64,000 nucleotides of DNA from assembly GCF_003704095.1 (NCBI RefSeq), contig NW_020845464.1, positions 62,001 through 126,000 of the forward strand. Reading direction: 5' to 3'. Each line of letters starts with the position of its first letter. The stretch's first letter is position 1. The notes under the pieces were generated by a model that made no database searches, had not been told where the DNA came from, and saw only the letters and a list, made by a program, of their open reading frames with translations. The position numbers were made by a program, and so were the translations under genes. Source of the stretch: Pocillopora damicornis. Taxonomy: Eukaryota. This document shows, piece after piece, positions 1 to 18,689 of the stretch.

Positions 1-1032
1 TCACAACTCTTAAACTTGAGAATGAAATGCTAAAAGAGCAACTCCAGGTAAGTTCTGCTAAAACAAAATGTCCTCTAAACTGTACAGTCAGTAACTGATG
101 TAAATATCTATGTTTCCCTTTGGTAATAATTGCCGGTATGTTGATAACTTTAATTCTATGGTAATTTGTGTTAATTTTAGACCCACTTAAATTTAGAGAG
201 TTTGTCTTTCTAGGAAAACTCCCTCAAAAACAAAATATGATATTATGACTACTCACTTCATAAGACGAGAACCAATTTGTTTTTGAAACTCACTAAGTTT
301 TGATTGTATTTTTCAATGATCTCTTTAGGCCCGAAATGTTTTGTAATTTCTGCTTTTTAGAATTAATTCTTTTTCTATAGAGGCTCTTTATGTTCTAATA
401 TTTGTCCTCGGCTTTTCTTCCGTTGGAATTTTTTAAAATTGATGTCACAGTACCCTATCAATGTTTTTTCGTCTTTTAACTTTTCTCCCTATGTTGAATA
501 TATTTTATTTGACTTGTAAATCTCCACAGCGGCATTCTCGAGTCAATGGAGATTTGATTGATAGCCGGGTCGATCGCGACATACCCACAATTCCACTGAC
601 AGTTTATCAGCAGCTCAAGGTAAGATACATTTACTCTACAGCAACTTAGCGACTACACTGTTTACAATCAACTAAATACGTTATAAACTGCAACAAAAAT
701 TCCTTAAAATGCGCAAGATTTGAAATAAGTGCAGTAGTTATAGGAGGGGAATGAAGAAAAAATTTAAGAAGGTTGTGTTATCGCAGAAAAGCGAAATATT
801 TGATTAAATGACAAGGCCATCTAGAGAGATGAAAAAAAACTTTTATCTTTGGTTACATTTTGAATATTTCTCCTATGAAGGTCAGTTTCCTTACCTATGT
901 TCTACTCTATCTTTTCCTATAGTTTTCTCTCACTTTGGAAAAGATAAGAGCGCTTTCAAGGTTACAGTGTCTAACACTACCTGACCTAGTCTTCCTCGCA
1001 CACTTTTTCACGCAACGCTCTCACTTATTATT

Positions 1033-1082
<50 letters not shown>

Positions 1083-3069
1083 GCTTATGCTCATACTCGC
1101 GCTCACTCTCACTCTCACTATGATCCTTGAGTTTCTTACTCTTTGCGTTTGAGATTCACATGCTTCAATCTCGACGATGTAGCTTATGAATGAATGTTAA
1201 TGAATGAATTGTTTCCTTCTCTTGTAGGAATCAAATGAAGACGAAATATTTAAGTTGACGGAAGAATTGGAAGAGCTCAAGATAACAAATGAATCCCTTC
1301 AAAAGGTGTTTTGACAAATTTAATTGTAACACTGAAGTAAATACGACGAGGGATAACTCCATGATTCAGTCGTAAGATAAAAGTGTTTAATCCTCAGATT
1401 ACCTAGTAACGTTTTTAATATTTTTGTCACAACTGGTCGTTCCTTTGAGGAATATCTCGATAAGTTTAAATTGTATGTGATTGGCCTTAAGTAAGTGTCT
1501 CAACAAATTGTTTATCAGATTGCTTCTAATTCTTTCTCGGTTGTCTGTTAGGGAAAGAAGCTGGACAGGAGCGCTTTAGATGATAGGCTTTCTCCTTTCC
1601 CATTACCTCTTAAGCGCAAATAAATGGTTAGGATTCCAGTCGGGTTTCTATTTTCCCTAACAATTTGTAATTTTTTTTCTCTATTTTCAACAGTCAATCG
1701 CCAACAGTGGATCATGTCCTCAATGCGGTCAGCTCAAAACCAAGTCGGGAAATTCATCAAATAATACAACAGAACAGCGATTGATTGCAGAGTTAAAGGA
1801 GCTCGAGCATCAATTTCAGGTATAAAAACAAAAAGAAAAACAAAGAACATTGTTATAACTGAACATGTCATTTTAACTTTATCCAGCGTAAAAAAATATT
1901 TCATCGTCTTATCGCGAACTTGGGATAGAGAAAAATTGTCCTCATTAGGAATTCAACCTCAGACCATTTGATTCCGCGCTCCGATGCTTTACCACTTACC
2001 GCGGTATCTGAAAGTTTCACCCCATTGCGGTTTTGCCCCCTGAAATAAAACAAGTTCGCCCCCACCTTTACCAGTTCGCTCCCAAATCTTTCAACTTGTT
2101 CCTTAACTGCAGAACGTATTCCTTTTCTGTTTAGATCATACTGTATATCGATCCGCGTGAAGTTTTCTTTTTTCTGAGTCAAACGTTTGATCAAGAAAGC
2201 GTGCTAAGTCACGACATATGAGTTCGAGTATCAAACCACCAAATGCTTACTGGGCTTTGGTCGTTTAGAGCGTTCGTCTCAAGCAACTAGTTTGTAATGT
2301 TAAAATCAAGGCTTTAAAATTGATGGCTGGTTCAAAACGTATCCAAGAAGTTGCTCAAGTCTTCCGCCCGCCGTTTGCTTCTCAGCCGAAAAAAATCTTT
2401 TCAAAATGGTTTTGATTGTCAGTCCCCAGATTTAAGGGGATTTATGACACAGGAAAACTGCCGTACCTGTATTACTTAATCCACGTAATTGTCTTCGGTA
2501 GGAGGCTGAAAGAGAATACAGAGAGACTATAAACATGTACAGACTACAACTTCTAAATGCAAGCCAGGTAAGACTCTCTTTTCGATTTCGTGTCTCGTCC
2601 CCAATTCTCTTTTTATAAAAGTTCAGAAAAAGTTGGCTAGGGACGAATAAGTCTGCGAAGGGCTGACTCTTAAACCGTGGGCATTTCCAAATTTGTTGCA
2701 GTCGAAGATTAACCCTTTACACCCTTACATTAGTATTCATATTCTCCACACTGTTCTCTATACATTCCCTACGGTACTGACAAGGAGAATTTATTTGACA
2801 ATCAAAAGCTTTTTAAATTGGAGACCATTTCCTTTCTTCTTTGGACTTTAATATTTGATTCAAGGGGTATACTGCAAGAAGAAATTTGAAGCCAGAGAAT
2901 CTTAGGGGTTAAATGGTTACACTATAACCCAATGGATAAATGTTAGTAAGTAATTGTGTAGCGATCAATGACACTTGTTTTTCTTTTTACTCAGCTTGAA
3001 ATGGACCCTGAGATACAAGAAGTTCTTCAAATGATCGTTAGGTTAAGAAGCAGTGAACAGTTTTGCTAA
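1..3069 (+). CDS. 3' part of an ankyrin/coiled-coil protein of the UACA/RAI14(ankycorbin)/ANKRD24 family (5'-partial)
   Basis: GT-AG exons <1-47, 530-619, 1228-1305, 1694-1819, 2502-2567 and 2995-3069 join in phase 0. They encode coiled-coil segments and end EAEREYRETINMYRLQLLNASQ|LEMDPEIQEVLQMIVRLRSSEQFC*, matching the family C-terminal motif (UACA-like IAIYRTHLLSAAQGHMDEDVQEALLQII...C). Paralog cannot be assigned. Confidence 0.8.
1033..1118. repeat. (ACTCTC)n hexanucleotide microsatellite
   Basis: About 8 perfect units plus degenerate units, intronic. Confidence 0.95.
1895..1996 (-). mobile_element. tRNA-derived SINE fragment
   Basis: Minus strand reads AGTGGTAAAGCATCGGAGCGCGGAATCAAATGGTCTGAGGTTGAATTCCT: partial A box, anticodon-like arm and degenerate B box. 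Confidence 0.6.
2709..2920 (+). mobile_element. ~210-bp piggyBac-like MITE, family A
   Basis: Begins TTAACCCTTTAC and ends GGGGTTAAATGGTTAC. Body is shared with the copies at 9951, 15679 and 46085. TTAA+CCC termini are the piggyBac signature. Confidence 0.8.
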
Positions 3070-4467
3070 AGAATTACCTGCTGTGTATAAGCAAAGAAAG
3101 GTTCCTATCATTAAATACGAGGACCTGCAGTTGAAGTACTTCCCAAATAGAGATAATTTAAGTCCGTTGAAATGAGTTTTGCGATGAAAGAAGCATTTAT
3201 CATACCAAATTCTTCTCAATTTATGCAAAGAGAACTTAGTCTATATCAGATAGTGTCATATATTTATTTATTTGTAAGAATTATTCTAGTGTACGTTTTT
3301 TTAAAAAATTTTTTGTTTCAGTCCTCTCGTGGCTCCGGCGTTAAACGCAACATGGCGCCGCAAACCTGCGTACGCCGACAGTTTAAAGCTTAGTTTTAGT
3401 TTGAAGGCTAACTATGAGATAAACGAATATAATTGTCTCAAGTGCTAGCACTTTTTTCTACCAGCAGCATGGTTTTCAAAAGAGGAGACACTGTACAGTG
3501 GAATTTTTATATTTCGCAGTTTTCAACTATCTTAATTGGTTGAATTGGTATTTTGTAAGATATTTCATACCTTTCGTCAAGTTTCCATTTTATTTTAGAG
3601 CAAATTTTTATTTTAAACGTTCGTGCGGATTTTGTATTTACCAATCTCTTGTACATTACAAAACAAATGACCTGTTCTTTAAGTTATTTGTATTTTTTTA
3701 TCAAGTTATTCTTAAGTTATGTTATAACGTGTAGTATGTATTTTGCATGAATGAATTTTACCTAGTTTTGGTATATGGTGTTGCCATACAGTTTATTGAT
3801 AGTCTGTCCGACTTCCTCGTAGTCCATAACAGCTCTATATCCACTGCACCCGACTGTATTACCAAAGGAATAACAGTGGCAGTGGTGGTGTGCGTACACA
3901 TTGCATAGGAAAAGGAGTTACTGTGGGAATCCGAGATGGAAATATCTCTCGTTATATGAGTGACGTCATAGTGAAGGGAGCATGTCATAGTCGCACAACA
4001 CCTGAGGGGGCTGGGGTTGGAAGTAACACTGTATGACGCCAGAACCCCAAAGGCTTCTGTAAAAACTTACGACTAAATAGACATCGAAAGACGAATCGAC
4101 TGAGTTTCATTGACACTCACGAACAAAACAAAGGAAAAAAAAAATACCATTTTTCTATTGCGCGGGCATCGAAATTGCATGCAAGGCCTCGGCTGGTCTC
4201 ACCCATGCTTAGTCGCTCGGTAGTGGCTATAGTTATTAAATAACATACTCACTAGATCAAACGTGCATTCCCCGAGATAATTAATTTCTCATAGGTGTTT
4301 ATCGAAAGCCCTTGATTACTGCTTCCTCTCGACATTCATTCTGCATTTTTAGTCTTTGTCTACAATCTCCCTCTCTTTTCGCCACGCGGTTTAGGTTTGA
4401 ACTTGCGGTTTCACCTGGAACTTTGAAGGTCCAGTCCGGTTAAAAGAATTTGAGAATAAATAATATC

Positions 4468-4640
4468 CTCTATGTGGCGCGAAAGTATGTACGGATAATT
4501 GTCCTCAGACATTATCTGTTCCATGAAGCTCACTTTTCATCTCGGAACAGATAACATCCAAGGATAAATGTCCGTACATGTTTTCGCGCCAAATAGATGC
4601 TATTGTTATTTATCCAAATAACTACTTGAATATATCGAAA
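4468..4640. mobile_element. Foldback (palindromic) non-autonomous element
   Basis: Arms CTATGTGGCGCGAAAGTATGTACGGA...TTATCTGTTCC and GGAACAGATAA...TCCGTACATGTTTTCGCGCCAAATAG; related copy at 21100-21680. Confidence 0.75.
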
Positions 4641-5070
4641 CGAGCTTTCAGAGGGAAGTTGATAAAAAAAAAAGTGTTGGAAAAGGGAGATTGAAGTCAT
4701 TATCATTACAGCACTCGCGTCAGCCAATAGGATTCAAGTATTGCTTACATTGAACAAAGTTTGACGATTGAAATCGGACTTTCAGTCAGTCATACGTTCC
4801 GGTCGTACTTCTCTTGGTGAAAAAAATAATAAGTTGATATCGCCATCGTCCTTTCAGTGCAAGTAAAGAGAATGTTGGAACCGTGACTGGCCACTGGATG
4901 AAACCAAGGGTACTATGAATGGTCATTTAATCAAAGGTTTCTTTGTAGATCTTACCAAAGTGGCGATTTACCCGAGCCGATGAACAACTTACCTTTCTCC
5001 AAAACTATCATAACAAGAACACATCTTCATCCGTCTGAAAAGACTCGCTCACTTTTAAAATCATAGCAAC

Positions 5071-5076
5071 TTTATT
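5071..5076 (-). terminator. Likely IDH2 polyadenylation signal (AATAAA)
   Basis: AATAAA on the minus strand about 480 nt after the IDH2 stop. Confidence 0.5.
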
Positions 5077-5554
5077 TTCTATTTTGCAAGTACATACAAT
5101 AAACCACATATTATCCACACTATAGAAATTTTGAGTCCTAACTACAGAGTACGCTTACAAAAATTTTTGGCAGCTTGTTTCAGATCACAAGTAAAAGATA
5201 CGTTATTGGCACTCACATTCACCACACAGCATATTACATATGCAAGAATTTGCAACTGATACTGAAAGGATAGGACTTGACTGGCTTGACCACAGAATAA
5301 TCGTAATATGAAGGCTCAGGCAAGCGCCCGTGTGCAAAATACATTAGTAAAATTGAACTGATTAGTGCCAGTTTTTAACAAAAAAATACATTAGTGATAG
5401 TCACACTCATCTCAAAGAAAATTGTATAGTAAGCAATAGCTTGGAACTAGGTCTGTCCTAAATTATAATGAACACAATTACAGGGCTAAATCTGCCACTG
5501 TATTATCAGCCTAAAGGATTATCTGTAGCAGGAACTTTTATGGCTGACTCATCA

Positions 5555-12464
<6,910 letters not shown>

Positions 12465-13679
12465 CCTTCGATACCTGAGGCCCGGAAACTGAAAACAAAC
12501 CGCAAAGAAGCTGGGTACTAGGGGAGTGTCAAGGTGTTAGCAGAGGTATGTGCTATGCAGGTCATGGTTGGTCAGTTATCGATTCCAATAAAGGTCATAT
12601 TTGTGTAGCTATCAAAAGCTTCAATAGCTCTTAGCTCTTTCACATGAAAAGAAGCTTTACACGCACAGTTTTTGAACAACAAAACAGGTAGCCCCCAGGT
12701 CCTCTTTCGGGGGGCAAAAATTAATTACAAATCGAATGGCCTTGTAGAAATATGTAGGTCAAATGTTGCCTTCATTTTTGGGACGGTTTACCAATAACAC
12801 TACAATAATTAAAAATACTGTGAGCGTTATACAGAGTCTATGCGTTTCAAAAGCGAGATATGAATTTGACGCGCTCACAAAATTTCATTTGTAAGATTTG
12901 AAACGTTAAAATTCGTTTTGTTATTTGTTATTAAAAATTAAACTAATAACGATAACTTCGTCCGAGGCGCAATTTACGAAGAGTGAACAGGGCCCTAGAT
13001 ATGAAGTATTGAAGCAGCACATGCGGTTTCAATGTCTGGACCAATACAAAGGCAAACACGCTAACAAATGACGAAAATTTCTTGTAGTGTGACCGTAAGT
13101 TCCATCCGTGATCTGTTTCGTATCAAACAGAGAGGAAATAATGTCAACGGTGACATCATCTGCCCGTCTTCTGTTCAACAGATCATTAAGAACCACGGCC
13201 AACCAAGAAGAAGATATTCAACAGCATTCCTAGAGAGTAAGGCGTATTCTAGCCAGTATAAATGGCACCTAAAAGTGAACTGTCCGACAAAATTTAATTT
13301 AAGTGGAATCGGTAGCTTTCCTTTTACAATATAGACTGTAGCGAGTCAGAGGGCAAAAACAACATCTGGATTATTCCTCCCATCTTCGTTCGTCCATTAG
13401 CCCTTTGACACATCTTACTGGTAACAAGTTCGTCGCCAAGGCGTCTTCCCCTTCTCATAGAAGCCCCAATCAGATAAAGCACACAGGTTTCAGATAATAA
13501 ATATATTTATTTCAAAACTGGTGTTTATACATCCTATAGTGAAAAACAATATTATTTACATTATGGTCTCACACTTTGACAGCGCAGACGGAGTTCTTTA
13601 CCAAGTTTCTTTTTCCTTTCGTGGAACTGGGGTAATTGGGCATGTGTGGACGGTCTAAAGAATTAGCATGTTCAAATTT

Positions 13680-16600
13680 TCAATCGCTAACTACGTTTTC
13701 CAATGAATAGAAGTCAATTATATGGAGTATTATAGCTTGTATTTCGTCTTCTGTGCTTCTTGGACATAAGGCCTGCCAATCAAATAGAATGAGTATTTCA
13801 AAATTACTCCAGGTAGGCTCATTCTGTTTCAAAAGCATTAACAAGAGAAATAAAAACAGTTTTGGTGGATTGCCTGTCATACTGACAAGATCAATTCGCA
13901 ATTCCATAAACAGTTTAAGTCCACACATGAAGTAAACGCGTTTCAGCGCAACACCGGGTTTTCGTTCCAGTCTGGCGAACCTTCGTTTTAGTTACGATAG
14001 TCTTTATTTTTGTCTGAGTTGTCTCCGTTTTAGTTCACATCGCCTTCGTTTTGGTCTGGAGAGTCTTCGTACTGGTTCGGAGGTTCTTCGCTATAGTTCG
14101 AAGGTCTCCGTTTTAGCCCAGTGGGTCTAAGTATTAGAGATTGACCTTTGAGACCTGGTTTTAATGACACCCTCCCTCAGATCTTCGAAGGAAACGACCC
14201 CATTATATTGACTCTACTATGGTACATCTCCACTTTCGTCTACCAAATGAAAGTGGAGATGCATTATTTTGAGCCATCAGTCAATGGCATTGACGTTCAA
14301 GAGGGCACAACTCCATCAAACCACGCAGTGGCCTCATGGATTCATGATACTTAATTGATAGCAAAAAAATTGTTGCTGGAGCATTATCTCTCTGTGGAGC
14401 TAATTACTCTGCGCTTTCATTTGGACGAAAAAAAAACGAAAAAAATCTTTTATCAAAAATAACAGGACTTTCCTTTCAAAGAATTGCCGTAAAAAAGATA
14501 TTATTTCTGAATTTGTTTCCCCCATTTTAAATGGAAAAAACTACGGTGAAAAGGGCCGTATTAATTGAGTTTCATCATAAATGGAAGACGCCCACTGTTT
14601 TACATGTTTGAAACTGATTCAGTATAAAGGTACAGCGCATCTAATTGAAGTGTCGTGTACCAAATACCTCAGTTATTATGACAGCCAATCAGAGAAAAGG
14701 TACAAATAACAAAGAGCCAATGGGAACTCAAAGTACAATGAAGCAAACCGAGTCGAGCGGGGAAATCGGAAGTGACCAAGTCGTGATTAGTTTTGGACTG
14801 TTTGCATCTGAATGTGCGTGATTGTGCGTGTTTGTGCAAAATTGTGGGCGATTTTTCTAGACCAATCACAAAGTGAAGTCAAACAAAACCAGTAAGGACC
14901 ACATTACTTTTGACACTCAATTTAAAATCACTTAAGAACACCAACCTTCCACCAGGAATGTCTTGCACCCTGTGATGGAACATCAATCCCAAGGCATGTT
15001 AGAGAAAAGTAGATCATCGCTATTGCAATAACAGCTGGACTGTATTCCAAACATAATGTAGTGTGGAAACTATCTTGCAAAATACTCCAGCTAAGTTGAC
15101 TTAAAGAACTGGTGATAGTACATTCCTTGTCTAGCCAGTCTTCAAGTGAGTTCAGGTAATGGAGAAGATACTATGACCAAAAAAAACCTTAGTAATCCAT
15201 GACTGTCCTTAAAATAACTAAGGGGCCAGATAAACAAGTTGAAAAAAAAAAAAAGAAAAGAAGAAACTACCAACTCTTTCAGTAATCAATATTAGTGAAA
15301 TAAAGCATGATGTTTAAGGTAACAGCGATTGGCAAAAATAAGCTCTGATTTTATAGGGCCTTTCATCTTGTCATCACATTAGGGTACTAATGTATAAATC
15401 TCATGTCTGACCGCCAAATAGGGCAAAAAAAATTGTGCTAAAGGATAAGTATGTTTTATGTTCTATGTCTTCAGTATTTGGAAACACCAGTGACAACAAC
15501 ATGGATATGATAGCTGCTATATACAATTCACTAGCACAAACTCAAAGCCTCTAACACTCTAAATTGGCTTTCTCTTCTTTGATTTCTAATTGATTAGACT
15601 TACAAATATGTTCAAATACCTTTTAGGATAACCCAGCCCTTCTTGGGGCCTCATTCTTAACAAGAGGGCCACCAAACTTTAACCCTATAACCACAAAGAA
15701 TGACTAGCATCTAATTTCTCCTTACAATATCTCCACTGAATCACGCACTGAGATCATGAGAATAAATGAAATGATCACTAAATAAAGAAACTCTTGATTG
15801 TCAAAAAAAATTCTCCTTATCAGTGCCCTAGGAAATGTATAGACTGGTATGGAGAATATCCTTACTGATGTTAGGGTGTATAGGGTTAAAGTGGGAGACT
15901 AATTGGGCCCTCTTTGGCTATTTCTTAGAAGAAACCCTCATATGGATTCAAATTAAGACAACATTTTACTCAGTTTTACCTTGTGTGGACTGTCAAAACT
16001 GACTTGAAACTGAAGAGCTCGTAAAATCATCAGCTCACAATTAGCCACACTGTCGTGAAGTTCCCAATACAGAGACCCTACCTCCAATGGTGGTTTATCT
16101 CTGTGTAATAACCTGTTGGGTTATAATTAATTTTATTCATGGTGAGATTAGTTTTGAAAAGAATGAAACAAATGAACCAAAGTGACTTCATCTTTAGATA
16201 AAAAATACAGTACGTGGATAGGAAGGTTTTGAGTTATTGAGGGTTGCATTTTAACAAAGTGGCCAGAAGGGAAGAAAAACACTTTCATTCAGTGGGAGAT
16301 TCAAAGGTTATCAAGTATCAGCTGTTTCTATCAACTGTAATCAGTCTGTTTCTATCAACTGTAGATTCCACCCTTTCACTGCCAAAATTTAAGTCTAAAT
16401 TCTCTGCACTGTCTGCAGTAAATATCTCATTATCTGAGCCCCTACAATGAATTGATATTGTTATTTCTTGTCATCTTTTTTCTGCTTTTTTATAGTTAAT
16501 CCTGGAAGCAAAATGGTTAAAATAACTTCATCCCTTCCTCCATTACATTAGTTTACTTTGAGCAAATCATGAGTTAGTTTAGAAACTCAGTTTCCAAAAT

Positions 16601-18483
16601 TTTACATCATAAGCATCATGCAAAGTTCATAGCATGCTTTGCACTTGGTTCAAAACAAAACATTGGACAGAAGTTATCAGCTTAACTCTGGAACCACACT
16701 GGGATTAAGAAAGGTGAAACAATTAAAAGAAATAGTTAACAATTATCTTCACCTGTAAGATACATTTATCACATCTCGTAACTTGCAAGGAGATTCCTCA
16801 GTTTTGGATGCTAAATATAAAGCAGCAGTGGCAACAAGCTAATGATGTAAAATAAAAAATTATTATACATGAACAATAGAAAATCAAGGGAAAATACTAG
16901 TTTAATAATACTCCAAGACCTCTTTCTCTCTGTCTAACTCTTCCATATACTACAATTCTAATTCAGTAAAGAATCGGGGGGGGGGGGGGAAAGGGGAGGG
17001 GGGAAATATTGGAAAATGCAATCGGAAGAGCATTCATCTAAGCTAACTTTAGACTGACAAGGGTATTTTTTAATTTTTTCTTCAGCTTGAAATATTCACA
17101 CCCCAGGTATTCAGCTTTTGAGTGGGCTTCCTACCATTTCCACAATCAGTCCACATGAGGTATTACATAATCATATATGCAGATTAAATCCTACACCTGT
17201 TAGCTGATAAGGATCTGAGACTGTACCCTCTTTGAAATTTTCAATTGCTGGAGTCCATATACCCCCTGGAACCTTTAGCTTACAATATGCTTATAATATG
17301 CTCACCCAAGGGCAAACAAATTATTTGTGACATTTAGGGAGCATCTTACCATGCAAGGAAATTTATCCTATTGCTACAATTATGTCATTTAATATGAAGC
17401 AAAATGACAACTTACATTTGGATCATATTCACTCTGAAAATACTGCTTGTACAGACGATGATATAGAACACAAGCAGAAGCACAAGTGCCTGGCGGGAGC
17501 TTTAATCTTTGGCCTGAATTAAGAAATTTTGAAAAATCTAAACACAAATAATCTTAAAGAAAAACCTATTTCTACTATTTTAGTGACATCTTATTGCTTA
17601 TTCAAGATTGATACATTCCTGGGCAGGGGGAGACATATCTTATCAATTATCACCAGCTGGATTGTTCAGCTTGATTTTTTAGCTCCTGCCAGTTGTTCTC
17701 CTTCTAATAAGAGACAACCATAACTAAAGTGTCTTCTTTTATTTAGCATTGCATGCATATATATTTCACAGAGTTTCAAACCATCTTTAAAAATCTATTT
17801 CACAATTTCAGAAACTGTCACAGAGTTGTTCTAAGTATGTGAAGGCTGAAATGCTTGAACTCTTTAAAATATCTTAGTCCAGTGCACGGATTGCATACAG
17901 TGATCATAAGCAAGAGGAAAAAGGGATGACGCCTTCTGCTTTAGCTCAAACTAAGCAGTATGAGTTTGATCAAGAGAAAGAAGTAATTGCAAGCTGTACT
18001 ATAAATATGTCTTAATGTGTGCTGTGTGGTTTTTTAAAGATATTTGTCTCTTTGAGTTTTCTCAATAACGCTTGCTGCTAATAAACGATGGGCATCAATT
18101 TTTTCCAATGCTGCTGCCAATTCAATTCATACATATTGTTGCTCTGGATTAATAGTGCAAGAAAGTTTGTAACATGCGCAGATGTTTCAACTTTCACTAG
18201 CCAAGAGCCCCTCCCCCTCCCCCAGCACAAGAGGTAGACCAACTATTCATACCAAGCAATAAGTGGAAATAAATGATACCGTTAAAGACTTCTATTTCAT
18301 TCCTGTGTTCAGATCACGACCTCACTTACCAGCCTCCATGATAAATGTTGTGATCTTCAAGTGATTTTTGCGCGCTGTCTTACTTTCCACTACATTCACG
18401 TTGGGGCCACTTTTAATCTTTTTCTCGCAACCTTGCCTGTCTACATTAGAGTTCTTGCTTGTTAAAGCTACTTTACGATCCAT
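13680..18483 (-). CDS. CCNQ: Cyclin Q (cyclin M/FAM58A), CDK10 partner, 262 aa
   Basis: Exons 18483-18330, 17513-17416, 16838-16753, 16112-15980, 15170-14946, 13772-13680, all GT-AG and in phase. Peptides [63 protein letters not shown] and HSWWK match cyclin Q cyclin boxes. Confidence 0.95.
13958..14146. repeat. Diverged ~21-bp tandem array (core GTCTTCGTTTTRGT), about 8 units
   Basis: Units include gttttcgttccagtctggcga, accttcgttttagttacgata, gtctccgttttagttcacatc, gccttcgttttggtctggaga; lies in CCNQ intron 5. Confidence 0.85.
14631..14934 (+). mobile_element. ~300-bp CCAAT-rich MITE-like interspersed repeat
   Basis: Imperfect terminal inverted repeats (AATTGAAGTGTC...GACACTCAATT). Related segments at 52299-52457 and, inverted, at about 63090-63359. 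Confidence 0.7.
15679..15889 (-). mobile_element. piggyBac-like MITE, family A, full length
   Basis: Perfect terminal inverted repeat TTAACCCTATA...TATAGGGTTAA; body is the reverse complement of the 9951 copy. Confidence 0.88.
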
Positions 18484-18689
18484 TGGTGCAACTACTCCGT
18501 AAAAGTTTTGTATTTTGTCAGTTTACATGAAAACATGGCGGCTTTACATCTCTTTTCATCTTTCCTAAGTCTACAATTTTGATTTGAGCCGTCAGTATTA
18601 TGTCCAGCAGTTGATAACTAAACTCATGCTCAAAGTCAGCTGCGTGATATCGGTGTACCGACGGTCGGATCGTACTACTCTTGCTAAAT
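18484..18689. promoter_or_regulatory. Bidirectional promoter between CCNQ and UQCR11
   Basis: Divergent start codons separated by 206 bp; YY1-type motif AAACATGGCGGC at 18531-18542. Confidence 0.75.

Noticed and set aside
935-1123. ORF with an SLSLSL run
   Set aside because: Translation of the (ACTCTC)n microsatellite
1901-2194. 97-aa minus-strand ORF
   Set aside because: Spans a SINE fragment and a transposon-end-like TTCGCCCC repeat; no protein similarity recognised
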